DNA of 63,999 nucleotides, counting the filler, from Perkinsus olseni (lineage: Eukaryota), in assembly GCA_013115125.1 (NCBI GenBank). It is 31 parts of 31 records of this genome, joined end to end, with 100 filler letters (N's around TTAATTAATTAA, not from the genome) between each part and the next. Parts side by side here need not be neighbours in the genome. Positions count along the whole stretch, not along the records: positions 48,130 to 50,061 come from JABANN010001689.1; positions 50,162 to 52,093 come from JABANN010001690.1; positions 52,194 to 54,122 come from JABANN010001691.1; positions 54,223 to 56,149 come from JABANN010001692.1; positions 56,250 to 58,175 come from JABANN010001693.1; positions 58,276 to 60,201 come from JABANN010001694.1; positions 60,302 to 62,222 come from JABANN010001695.1; 24 more parts are not named here. One strand, written 5' to 3'. Every line of letters starts with the position of its first letter. Position 1 is the first letter of the stretch. A program made the translations under genes and the position numbers. The notes beneath the pieces are model-generated. The model was given only the letters and a program-made list of their open reading frames with translations, ran no database searches and was not told where the DNA came from. Positions 48,960-60,350 of the stretch are shown here, one piece after another.

Positions 48960-49020
48960 CTGAGCGATCACCTCTTCGCGAGCCTCCGGCCGGCTCGGTG
49001 ATCGCTGGGAGGCCGGAAGC
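48950..49020 (+). promoter_or_regulatory. -1 programmed ribosomal frameshift signal (G GGA AAC + 6-nt spacer + stem-loop/pseudoknot)
   Basis: Slippery heptamer 48950-48956 in the gag frame just before TAG. Stem 48963-72/48997-49006. Loop 48985-91 is complementary to 49011-17. The -1 frame is open into the protease. Confidence 0.85.
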
Positions 49021-50038
49021 TATTAATTCGAGTTTGACGTCTGCCTCTACTTATATTGACTTATTTGGTCGGCATAGCCCGCAGGTTTGGGTGATGGTGT
49101 CTTCGCCTCTTTCGGTGGATCGGTCGGCGCTTCTATGCGGCGTTATTGATACTGGTAGTGACTTGTCTCTGATACCGCAACAAGCGCTCTCCCCGTCCAT
49201 GCTGTCTCTGGTAAGGCCGTGTCCGCTGAACTTCATCAGGACGGCTAATGGTGGTACGTGTAAGATATTGGGTGTACTGGACTTGGACGTCTGTTTCTAT
49301 GTTTTACCTCCCGGCCGGGAACCGTCTTCTCGGTCCGGTCCGACTAAGGACGAGGTAGTTCCGGGGCCGGTTTTCCCCGTATGTATGATAGTTATCGACT
49401 CTCTTAGTGTAGATATGTTATTAGGCATGGACTTTCTGCGTCATTTTGGAATGGGTTTGATGGCTGGTATGGATACTGTGCGTTTATCGGTTCCCCAAGA
49501 ATTTAGGAAGCGTATGTCTGAGCCTAATATTCCTGATTGGTTGGTTAACTCTGCTGATCCCGTGGTCATGATTCCTTCAATTTTTGTTGGTGAAGGTCCA
49601 GAAGATGTTGGTTCTTTAAGGCCGGAGCACGGCTCGGTGTTGGACGTGGTAGCTCCGGTGAACGCCGCTACCCCTTCTATAAGCCCTTCGTCGGAGCCTG
49701 GTCGTCATCACCGTCGTCATCGTCGCCGTCGTCGTCGCCGTCGCCGTCGCCGTTGCCGTCGACGTAAGGTTAATCGCCATCGGTCGGGTTCAAGTCGGTC
49801 CTCTTCGGAGTCCAGTGGTCCGTCTTCGTCGTCTGCCGCGTCAGATATTGATGCCGGTCGTTATCGGTTGCTTTCACTCCAAGTTCCGGTACCCAAGATG
49901 GTTTCGAAGGAGGTTCAAGTTGAAGACCGGTGGTGTGAGGCAGCGGTTGAAGGACCTGTGACTCCCGTTCTGAAGGATGCGACTGGCGACCTTGGTGGAC
50001 GGAGGCCTCGCTCTATGCGGGGTACCTCACAAATGTAG
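48956..50038 (+). mobile_element. pol: Retropepsin protease ORF in the -1 frame relative to gag
   Basis: VIDTGSDLS...LLGMDFL, with a poly-Arg tract downstream. Confidence 0.9.
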
Positions 50039-51804
50039 CGGCCCGAGCGGGGAAGGACCCGNNNNNNNNNNNNNNNNNNNNNNNNNNNNNNNNNNNNNNN
50101 NNNNNTTAATTAATTAANNNNNNNNNNNNNNNNNNNNNNNNNNNNNNNNNNNNNNNNNNNNGTTTTACAATCCAGAACATTTGCTCCTTTGTAACAGTGA
50201 AATTGCCATTTCGCTCGTTTGTATTTTCTCCGCGAAACAAAACGTTTCAAGCAAAGTAGCAAAAGTAGCAGCGAGTATGTGATTAAGCAATCCAGCACTT
50301 TCAGCCAGTTTGCTCGGTTGCTCTTCTGTGACAGAGCCGAGAGCGACTAAGCTTAGAAGCACAAAGTAGAAGACTCTATACTCCTTCTCGCCTTTCGTTG
50401 ACTATGAGCAACAACGGAGAAGCAACAGTCGCGCAGATGTCGAAGTGTCACAGATGAGAGGAAGTCGGCCTAAATTGAGTAGTTGCCTGAAATAACGATG
50501 GTGAAATTCTGCACTATTATTGCGCCCTGTGGGCTCAGTTCGCGGTCATCCCAATCATTGCCTCCAACCGAAGCATCTTGGCTCTCTGTCACGGAGGAAG
50601 AATAACGCTCAGAACTCAACCACCCAATGATGTCTTCGACAACTCGGCATGTCTGCCTTTGTGACATCGAAACCACGGGGACACAGAGGAGAATATGAAT
50701 ATTGCTGCTCATACGTAACCTCGATATCTCCCGGTTGAGCCCTTATTTGTGTACTTCTAGAATGCTGGTGGAACTGCTAGTGTTAAAATTGGATACACTG
50801 CTAATTGCCATTGCTACAATGCTTGCTCACTTTTACGGAACCTGTGGTTCAAACAATGATCCGTGACACGCCCGCTTGAATGCCATCAGCTTAGCGATGC
50901 AAAGGTAAATCGCCGGCCAGGTCGACGCAATTGGCCAGAGTTGAAGGTCAATCCCGTGCAACTAGTGTCGGCCAGCTACCTCTAGCTATACTTCAGCTCC
51001 AGCTCTGTACTAATAAGCTTTTGCTCGGTCACCGCCTGTTCGTCACAGTGATGGGCGGTGGCCAATGTACGTGTGTATCTGTTATTTGGGTGAGCGTGCT
51101 TGCTTGATGGGCCACCCCCTATCACCCAGATAGTTTTACTGTCTGCATCTTGCTGGACGTGCAATCCCCAGCTGCTGGTGGATAGCAATTCGATGGCCCC
51201 AGGTAATCTGGGCCAGATTTGATCGACGGAGCGGTGAGAGTCGAGTTTCGGCTGGGAAGCTGCGTTCGGGCATGGGTTTGCAGGTTACAGTAGGAGCTGA
51301 ACCCCAACGATAACGTATTACTCTGTCGTAGGGGTTCAGCTCGAACCACGAACAGAGATGTTACACCGGGTGTAATGTTCGTGTTTCGAGCCACGAAGAA
51401 CTCGCTTGATCGGATGACGAAGCTTTCCCAAGATTACCAACTGTGTTCTGATACGCTTAACAGTGATTCTTCATGTCTCTGTGTAGGCCTCCCGCAAGGC
51501 ATCTCCTACCAACAACTCGCAAAACTCAAAATCAAGCCGAAGATAGAGAAATAAAGTTCTCGTCTTGACAGGACCTAGAACGGACCCAATAATAATCAAA
51601 GCACTTGGTTAACTTGTGCAGTGTGCAACCTCAACAAGAACCGATTTCTTAGAGTTTCGACATAATCTTAGAGTCGATGAACTAGCTTACTTTACAATAG
51701 TGTGCTGCAGTACAAGGCACACTCATGTTGAAAGAGAGATGAATGAAACCGAAGTAACACTCATTGGACGATAAACGTCAAAAAAAACGTCGTTACGGCA
51801 TATC

Positions 51805-52093
51805 TCAGTCGCACTGGCAAGGAAGGTTAGTCGATGAGCAAACGCTTGGAGTTGACCAATATTTGCAGTAACTTCCCTCGTAGGCGGAGTCACAGAAAGC
51901 ATCACATTTCAAGACCGACGGCTCCGAAGTGGTGAAGCTCATGGTGGGAGAGGCCGTCGACGGCGGCGGGTGGGCTGTAGTCTGTCCGCATGAACAGAGA
52001 ATATCAGTACCCGAGCAAACACTGGGAACTTGCCAGTACTTGCAGAAGCTACCACTACTCATCTGGTCGCAATAAGCATCACATGTAGCATTT
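51805..52093 (-). CDS. 3' end of a protein with two tandem 6-Cys modules
   Basis: CDAYCDQMSSGSFCKYWQVPSVCSGTDILCSC, a Thr/Pro linker, then CDAFCDSAYEGSYCKYWSTPSVCSSTNLPCQC*. Confidence 0.8.
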
Positions 52094-53239
52094 NNNNNNN
52101 NNNNNNNNNNNNNNNNNNNNNNNNNNNNNNNNNNNNNTTAATTAATTAANNNNNNNNNNNNNNNNNNNNNNNNNNNNNNNNNNNNNNNNNNNNACTCCGA
52201 ACTCTCCTCGACCGAACCACCCACTAGCACCAGCACAAAGCTACTGTCTCCTCTGTGCGCCGGGCGACATGAAGAATGTGAGGTTTGAAGACGAAGATGT
52301 GGTGTATGGCATTGGAATTTTTCGGGACCACCAGGAACGTCTTTATAGAGTTCCATTCTGACCCTCTAGTTTCGACTTGCTGCGATTGTCAGATATTTTT
52401 CTTCACTGTGAATGGGCTCCATGCTTCATTCAACTCTGAAGCGAAGGCCAGCATAGGGCTTATAGTTTGAACATGAATCAGTTAGCACAGAGCTTTCTGT
52501 ATTGATAGCTTCATCGTTGTCGGCCCAGTGAACAAGATTTATCTAAAGAATTGTTGTATCCGTCAGTGATGAGGTGTTGAGCATCTAGTTAAGCCTGTCC
52601 CCCTGCTGCACAGGACTTAGCTGAGAGGCGTCGTTCGAGAGGGGAGGGAACCAAAAGATAGAGACGAGTATAGACGCTCTGTGAATCTGAGCTACCCGAG
52701 GTGGGTATAACGCAGGCGGTGAACATCGTGTGTCGTGATGCCGAAAAGTAGCTCCCTAACTCCCGGCAGATTGTCCTCCGGATGAGGCACTAGGACTTTA
52801 TACTTGGTAGAACTTGGATGCTACTGCGTTCGCTCTCCGGGGAGGCAGGTCGGAGCTCCCCTTACCTGATGACTCACATCACGAAAAACGCTCCTGGACG
52901 ACCTTAAATTGAGGCCAAACGACTTGCGCGGAGTATGCTAGACGCCAACGATTGGCTATGCCCCCTCCATGAGCCGTCACAGGCCACGTAGAGTGCCATA
53001 GGTTGCAAGATACATCCACAACGGGGCTGATACATGGAAAACCCTAGAGCTCCTCAAAACGATGCTGTCGATCCATGCTCTCAGCTCCATATGGTAAGGA
53101 TGAGCTTTGAACCTCCAATCAGGCTGCAGCGCTGCGGTGACCCTCCAAGTCTGGGAGAGGGCATTCATTCCGGTGTAGCAAGTGTAGTCACCTAGCGGTA
53201 GTCAACTAACGGCCACAGCCAATGGCTGTCAGCCATCGG

Positions 53240-53545
53240 TGGCGGCCGTGGGATTCGCCAGGTGGCGAGATTTCGGACTGGGCAAGTCGTAGCCTCGCCC
53301 GGGCGGGCTTAGCACCGGAGATGTATGCGTCAGTCCAGCGGTGGGAACAATCAGGGCTAACCGCTGGCTGACCGATTCCCGATGCCTCTCAACTCTAGAA
53401 TAGTGGCCGTTTGTGGGTGCCACGAGAGTTGATATATGTGTCTGTATGTCAGACAGGGGGCCCATGCACTCAGAATACTGTTGAGCAGCAAAACTTGTGG
53501 TTGAGTTGAGGCGCGCGAATGCATCGGTTCCCGGCGGGGCCGCCA
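53240..53545 (+). ncRNA. Candidate structured RNA of unknown family
   Basis: Closing helix TGGCGGCC/GGCCGCCA encloses at least 7 nested helices (see findings). Confidence 0.45.
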
Positions 53546-53565
53546 TACACCAACAGCTCAACAGA

Positions 53566-53647
53566 GACAGCGTGTCCGAGTGGTTAAGGAGGTGGACTCG
53601 AAATCCACTAGGCTCTGCCTGCGCAGGTTCGAATCCTGCCGCTGTCG
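53566..53647 (+). tRNA. tRNA-Ser(CGA)
   Basis: GACAGCG/CGCTGTC acceptor stem, GTGGA CT CGA AA TCCAC, long variable arm, TTCGAAT. Confidence 0.97.
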
Positions 53648-54261
53648 TCTTCTGTATGATTGCTTTGTCATTCTCTTGGGCTTCTAGATACGTATTTCCG
53701 AGTAAATCAACCACTCTATTCAACCCCTCCGTAACACTGCAAAGACAAGGTGAGTCAGGTCAGACACGCATGCCATGCATCTACCATTGCATGGTACAGA
53801 AGAAGAATCTTCCGGCATGCCTAGCCTGGACAGTCCAGATGGAGACAATATTTAAGCTTCAATATCACTGCCTAATATATGCCTATGCTTATGGTACTGC
53901 CTAAAAATACGTGAATTGAGCTGTCCAGCGAATGATTCGACAGGCCAACCTATCTCGTTGTCCTGCCTCTCGACCCAGCCTTACGCCCACCAGTGGTAGC
54001 CGGGGCCTGATTCAGACTGGAAATTGGGATGAAAGCCCGTACACATCAGTTAAACTCCCTCAGCGGCATTTCAATATTGTGAAGAAGATTCAAACCAACT
54101 TGATAACACGACAGTCACATATNNNNNNNNNNNNNNNNNNNNNNNNNNNNNNNNNNNNNNNNNNNNTTAATTAATTAANNNNNNNNNNNNNNNNNNNNNN
54201 NNNNNNNNNNNNNNNNNNNNNNTCGACCCCTAGTCCCGAAGCACGAAGAGTGAGGGAGCGT

Positions 54262-55395
54262 TCACGGCCTAAAAGGAAGTGAGCGCCCTAAAGCCCTACT
54301 CCCGAACTTACTTCGTTTCGACCAGACTCGAGCCACCTCGTTGGCTATACGTGTGACCTCGTCGGATGCATCTCGCAGGTAGTGAGCTGTGAGCGTTTCC
54401 GTACCAGACCATCTCCCTAGAATAGCTATTTCCTCCAAACGCATGCCCTGCCGAAATGCTATGGTAGCCCCAGTTCGTCGCATAGCATGACTAGTGCAAC
54501 GTGGCTTATCTCCCATAACAGTGAATAACGCTTCTGTTAAAGCGTCCTTGAAGGTCTCCTGGTAGCGTTTGGGGAAGAGCAAAGAATCTTGCATAGGTTG
54601 TCCCGGAACGAACCTTTTGAGGGAGTGAAGAACACATAGTGGGGAAGAGCACGAGGAGACGGAGCTCGAGATACTCTCGGGGCAACCGACCGGCACCGTG
54701 GAACCAGCGGAAAACACGTCAGTTTTGCTGGTTGTAATGCGGAATATCACAGACGAACCAGTGTAGCTTACACATCGTTTTGTTAAATTAAATAGTTCAG
54801 ACACACGGAGGAGCGCACAGGTTCCCACCAGGAACATTATACGATGTGGCCCGTTCAAAAGATGCAGAACTTGAGAAACCTGTGGCAGGGACAGAGTGTG
54901 GGCTCGAACTACCTTTCCTTTGCCAAGCACTTTACCCGCCGAGCGTAGCGAGAGATTGACCCAGAACATGATAGTGGCGGACGGAGAGGCAAAACCAAGA
55001 ATCTTATTCTTGGAGTAGATGTGGTTGAGATAGCGTAATACTGAATTGTAAGCGTAATTCTCCGTAGTCATTGTCCAGATGAAACCACAAAGTGAAGCTT
55101 TGGACAGGGGCAAAGCTGGAACCCTGATAGCCTGGCAGGTAGCTTCGTAGAACTTCCAAACGGATTTCATCTGCGAGAGTGACCGAGGGGCATACGCATT
55201 AAGGCAGAAGGTATGCAGCATTGCAGGAGAAAGAGTCCTCGCTCGTACCAATGCCGCCTTACGATTAGGCCGCTCCCGAGAGGGGCAAGTAGACTTCGTA
55301 CTGGAAGGTCTCACGCTACGTGGCTTGAAAATTCCGGGCTTTGGCGACCAAGATACCATTGGCGAAGGAGACCATTTAACCATAAGGTTTCCCAA
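54262..55395 (-). mobile_element. Tyrosine recombinase of a DIRS/Ngaro-type retroelement
   Basis: SAM-like N-terminal domain; R (LRVSEL), K (SKTD), HxxR (HAMRRTGAT), W (LGRW), Y (AHYLR). Confidence 0.9.
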
Positions 55396-55476
55396 ACTCG
55401 CTGTTTAGTCAACAGTGTTGACAATGACCGACCGAAACGCGACACCGGAATACGAATGCAAAACAGACTACAGAAC

Positions 55477-55620
55477 TCACACAGTGCGAGGTGCGGCACA
55501 GTCCGAAAAGCAGAAATCACTATGCCATTTCTTCCAATGAGCTGGAGGCCGAATAACTCGCAGCCGTGACAGCCCGTCAGCCAACCAGTTGTCTTCTCCC
55601 TTAATATGTTCAACATCGAG
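55477..55620 (-). pseudogene. RNase H C-terminal remnant upstream of the recombinase
   Basis: LDVEHIKGEDNWLADGLSRL. The frame has stops further upstream. Confidence 0.7.
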
Positions 55621-56249
55621 GCAACCCTCCGAGGCCGGAGGGTAGGCGACCCGACAACTTGCCTGCCCAGGTTTCCTTGCGCGGCGGCGACGCTAGATTG
55701 ATACAGATCCGCAAGCGAGAGATGCATGGTTTTAGGCAATAAGCCGCAAACCTAGACCCTCTTTCGGAGAGGTTACTCGGTAGATGAGGGCATCAATGAA
55801 CAACTCAGGACCGGGTCCGAAGGTTACCCAGGCAGCGGCGAACTACGTACTCGCTAGGCACGACCTGCAGCAATATCAACTCGTTATTAACAAATCATCG
55901 CGACTATAACTCAACAAGATTTCGGAATGGCTACACGGATTACCATTACCATTAAAAACAATTTGGAGAATAGAAGGCACGTCAGGGGAGAGGCTATTCT
56001 CATGTGAGCTACATCATAACAAAAGTCAAATTAAATAGTGAACCCGGTCGTATAGGGAGAGCACATAACGGGTTCGAGCACGGAATCATCACAAGTGTCG
56101 GACTCAGTAGGTTGGAAGCAATAACCATCATCCTTATGATAAAGACCATNNNNNNNNNNNNNNNNNNNNNNNNNNNNNNNNNNNNNNNNNNNNTTAATTA
56201 ATTAANNNNNNNNNNNNNNNNNNNNNNNNNNNNNNNNNNNNNNNNNNNN

Positions 56250-58175
56250 AATAGGGTGAGAGAGTGAATCACCGAGGCGTGACAGGGAATGGTCCGTCGT
56301 AACATCGAGCGCCTTGCCCGACACGGCTAGGCCGAAGCCCGCCCGGGTCATGGCGAAGGTGTTAGCAGCAGCAGGCAGATGCGGGAAAACAGCGCATTGC
56401 CAGTATCGGAGAACTGGGTCCATGTGAATCTGCATATACGCATGCTTAATATCGATCGTTACGTACTCAGCAGGGTCGAGGCACCGCCATTTGCGCAACT
56501 CTGCGGGACAGGAAACAGGTCCGTTGCGGTCGTTGGGTCGCGACTCGATAAGGTCATTGAGAAACTTGTAGTCGATGACCACACGGACTGGGGTGCTCCG
56601 GCCCAGAGACACAACGGGCATGGTGGTGACGGTCGCCTTGACCAGAGATGGGTCGACCAGCTCGAAATAGCCGTTCGAGATCATAGTCTGGATCGATTCG
56701 TGAAACAGGCGAAGCTCATGATCGCTGAGCTTCTCTATCGTCTGGGGGTAATGAGGAATGTTGTGGATCGGAGCGAGAGGCTCGTGACCACCTCGCCAAA
56801 TCCACGAAACTTGCCATTGATACAATTGGCGAGGGTTGTTCTTCTGAGCCGGATCAGACACTGTGAAGCGGCGAAGAATCATGTCGTGCTCCCGTAAGAC
56901 CAGTGGGTTCTCGACAGCTGGTGCGGAGCAAAGAGCGTAAGCATGACTAGGGAGACTATGCCCAGGGTGAAGAAGACAGGATCTCCAACCAGTGGGCCCG
57001 CGCGTGATCGTGATACCTGGTGTTCTTCGCAGCCAGTCGAGGCCGAGGAGAACCCGTATCGGACGATCGCCGATAGTAAGGAACACTGTGCGTTCAGTAG
57101 TTAACGGACGAACGCAAACACCATCAACCTGGAGTGTGAGACACTCAGTTGGCGATGCTGGAAACGAACCAGCCAAGGAGTTAATATGAGACGATGAGGA
57201 TGAGGATCCGCGATGGGCGTCGTCGACTCCGAGATCGTGGAGGACGCTACGGCAAATCAGGGACACGGATGAGCCTGTGTCAAGCATGCCCTCAACGTAG
57301 CCTGAGTGTACGGGGCTACACCTGAAGCGAACTGAAACATACCGTTCAGTGGCGTCACACAACGTGCCGCTAAGGAGCACATCGCTTACCTGTCCGGCAG
57401 CGCCGGCGGCCTGGGACTGAGGCTGGGAAGGGCAGCTGGCGGCGACGTGCCCGCGGCCATTGCAGTTGAAGCATCTGACGCCTTTACCGCCGCCTTTGTA
57501 GCCCTTCGAAATATCGCGAGATACAAAGCCTTTGCCTCTCGATCTGGCACTACCCTTGCCCTTGCCGGCTCTGTAGCCCTTCCCGGCGTAACCCTTGCCT
57601 TTCGCGGGAAACGAAACAGCAGTGAACCCGTCTGCTGTAACGGCTTTACAGAGGTTCAAAGCATGTTCAATCATATCGGTTTGGCCGGTAGCCAACTCGG
57701 CCTGCCACTGTTGCCTCAGGCCCATGAGGCCTGGAGTGGACGACGGAAGTCCTCTCCAAAACTGGAGGCAAACGAAAAAATCAACGGGTTTGCTGCGCTC
57801 GGCTTCTGGAACGGAGAAGTCGCTGGGCAGACATTGGCGGAAGAGTTTCTGCAACTCAGACATGTAATCTCCGCTAGACTCGCCCTCGGCGAGGCTGCGG
57901 GACACGGCAGCTTGCCATGTCGAAAAAATGGAGGGAGCATACCTGCTCAGCAAGACAGATGTGGCCTTGGAGTAAGCGGTCGGGTCATCCTTAGCAACGC
58001 GGACATTGTTGTTGACTATTTGAAAGGGGACCCCCTCAATGTTAACACGAAGAACATTGTACTTGGTAGCTGCAGGCCATCCCAGTAGGTTGTAGGTCTC
58101 TCCGAACTTGGCCAAAAATTCCACAATGTCCTGGTTCTTCTCACCACGGAAGGGGTCGATGATCTTGTAGTTACG
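56250..58175 (-). mobile_element. Single-ORF gag-protease-RT polyprotein fragment
   Basis: PFRGEKNQDIVEFL, GKG-rich linker, CFNCNGRGHVAASC, LDTGS, LLGLDW, VRVVIDYKFLN, IDIKHAYMQI, RAGFGL. Confidence 0.93.
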
Positions 58176-58308
58176 NNNNNNNNNNNNNNNNNNNNNNNNN
58201 NNNNNNNNNNNNNNNNNNNTTAATTAATTAANNNNNNNNNNNNNNNNNNNNNNNNNNNNNNNNNNNNNNNNNNNNTCGGTCGGTGTTCGTAACCAGTAAA
58301 AGCAAGAA

Positions 58309-58326
58309 ATCCTGCATCGGGTACCA
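58309..58326 (-). promoter_or_regulatory. Primer-binding site TGGTACCCGATGCAGGAT, 1 nt after the LTR end (..CACTACA)
   Basis: Complementary to a tRNA-like 3' end (AT CCTGC ATCGGGT A CCA). Confidence 0.75.
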
Positions 58327-58346
58327 ATGTAGTGTTCCCGGCTTGA

Positions 58347-58640
58347 CCTTTGTTGCGATCTCCATCGCTCCAGTCTCAAGTCGGGGGCCCCAGGAGTGGT
58401 CTCCACTTGAGTGCATCGTCGCGAGCGTTCGGGGGTCCTTTGTTGCGATCTCCATCGCTTCAGTCTCAAGTCGGGGGCCCGATGAGTGGTCTCCACTTGA
58501 GCGCATCGTCGTGAGCGTTTGGTCGTGAGCGATTGGGGGTCCTTAGTTGTGATCTCCATCGCTCCAGTCTCAAGTCGGGGGCCCCACCACTTATTACATG
58601 AGTGGTCTCCACTTGAGCGATGAGTCGTGGGCGTTTGAGG
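58347..58640. repeat. Three ~90-bp tandem repeats in or beside the LTR
   Basis: Units start at 58347, 58437 and 58541, each with a CTCAAGT...ACTTGAG inverted pair. Confidence 0.9.
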
Positions 58641-59110
58641 GCCGGTTACGGTCTCTATTAGACATGATCGACGCGTTGCCTTTGCGTATCAAGGTGTGCA
58701 TCGTGTTTTGGAGTGAACGAAAACGATGGAGATGCTCCTGTCAATCCCGTCAATCAGTTGAGGGGTTGTTGAGACTCTCAGCTTGTAGCTTGTAAACCAG
58801 AACAAAGTGAATTATAGTTTACCCGAAAGCTTGGTGCCAAAGCGGCACCTGTGACCCCTGACTTGTGCCCGGTTGATTCAAGTACTATATCATAACATAA
58901 ATTCTCAACGGCACACGGTTGTTATGATAGCTTAAAATGTTGTAGCAACAACACAGCGTTGGAACAGCAGACTATCGTTGGAATAAGCATAAACTGTTGT
59001 GATAGTAAGATACAGTTGAAGTCTTTCCTCTGTTGGCATAATCCGAGATTCATTGGTTTTAATATTGCCTCGTTGGAATAACACTCCTCAGTTGATATAG
59101 GCTTTCTATC

Positions 59111-59399
59111 CTGTATTGTGGCTCCTAACGGGCAAAGTATTCCCCTTCATTCCGGATAACACCGATCACCACTTCTTCCCATACTCCACTCTTCATTACA
59201 ACGGTGCCCACCGAGACGCAAAGAATTGGTGGCTACGTTTGGAAGCTTTCGCACACTTATCCAACGAGCTCAAGAAAGGGATCAAGCTGGATTACTAGTA
59301 AGGGTGTCCATCCTCATTGGTACTCACTCACTGATGTATGATGTTCTCGATTGACGATGTTACTCCGAGCCGTGTTGCTATCGTGTTTCCGAGTTCGTG
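59111..59399 (+). pseudogene. 5'-truncated paralog of the orphan gene at 23626-24538, including its 3' flank
   Basis: VLWLLTGKVFPFIPDNTDHHFFPYSTLHY versus VLWLLTGKVFPFLPDNIDHHIYPYSTLHY. Nucleotide similarity continues ~100 nt past the stop. Confidence 0.85.
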
Positions 59400-60301
59400 T
59401 CTGGGGATACCGCTTGTTTGAGTCCGCTGCAGCCGTAGCAACTTTCGTTGCGTGACCTAGTGAGGCAGTCTTGGACGCCCATGGATTTTGGCTCTCCCAT
59501 GTCTATATTCCATATCATCATCATGCACTGTATTTGTCTAAGTGCGCAGCCACGGAACCTCAGCTTAGCTTGAACCCAGTGAATGACTTCATCAGTTGAA
59601 GAATGAATTTCAGGTTTCCATCGGCATTCACCGCCCGTGAAGATCGAGCATCGCGAACCATGGTTCACGAGTATCTCTACGACCTCGAGGGCAGCTCATA
59701 ATAGTTTGCAGATTATATCAGTCTGATTAAGTCTGTGATATTGGAACGGGCAAGCGGTACAACCGAGGAAGAACCGTGCTGACTAATATTGAAGGTACCC
59801 CTCCGTGTGGCGGCTGCTGAGGACCACCCAGGCCTCAGAGGCTGCCCAAAGGTTGTGAGGCATATAATCCATCCCTGATGCGACGAGAACGACGCTAATA
59901 ACGCAACAATTCCAGGGGGAACAGATTTCACGTTAACTGTAACGAATTGCTTCAACTCAAGCTAATCCAACATCACTTCTCGGAATTCATCTGCGATTCT
60001 TTGACCCGATATTGAGCGGCTATTCATCGAGTAGTGATTGCTCTCTACTTACCAGACCGGGTGGCAGTAGGTCTGCATGGTCGTTGGGATCCCTGATCAA
60101 GCTCCAGGTTGAGGATTTGGGTGCCCAGCAAGTGGCGGGTCCCGCCTCACTCTTCACGCTTCACACGCTTCTCGGGCGAGCCGCTACCGTCAACTGCATT
60201 ANNNNNNNNNNNNNNNNNNNNNNNNNNNNNNNNNNNNNNNNNNNNTTAATTAATTAANNNNNNNNNNNNNNNNNNNNNNNNNNNNNNNNNNNNNNNNNNN
60301 N

Positions 60302-60344
<43 letters not shown>
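60302..60344. repeat. (GTT)n microsatellite in an intron
   Basis: Seen directly. Confidence 0.95.
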
Positions 60345-60350
60345 CATCAG

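Noticed and set aside
52560-52915. Box C/D snoRNA candidates (GTGATGA...CTGA) and U1-like CTTACCTG
   Set aside because: No convincing terminal stems, no rRNA guide I could identify and no U1 body. Cannot be supported by eye.
53179-53190. U2-like CAAGTGTAGT
   Set aside because: Flanking U2 sequence is absent.
58347-58640. Hammerhead ribozyme/retrozyme in the 90-bp repeats (CCGATGA-GTGG-TCT-CCAC)
   Set aside because: No CUGANGA, no GAAA after stem II, and the motif is not conserved among copies.
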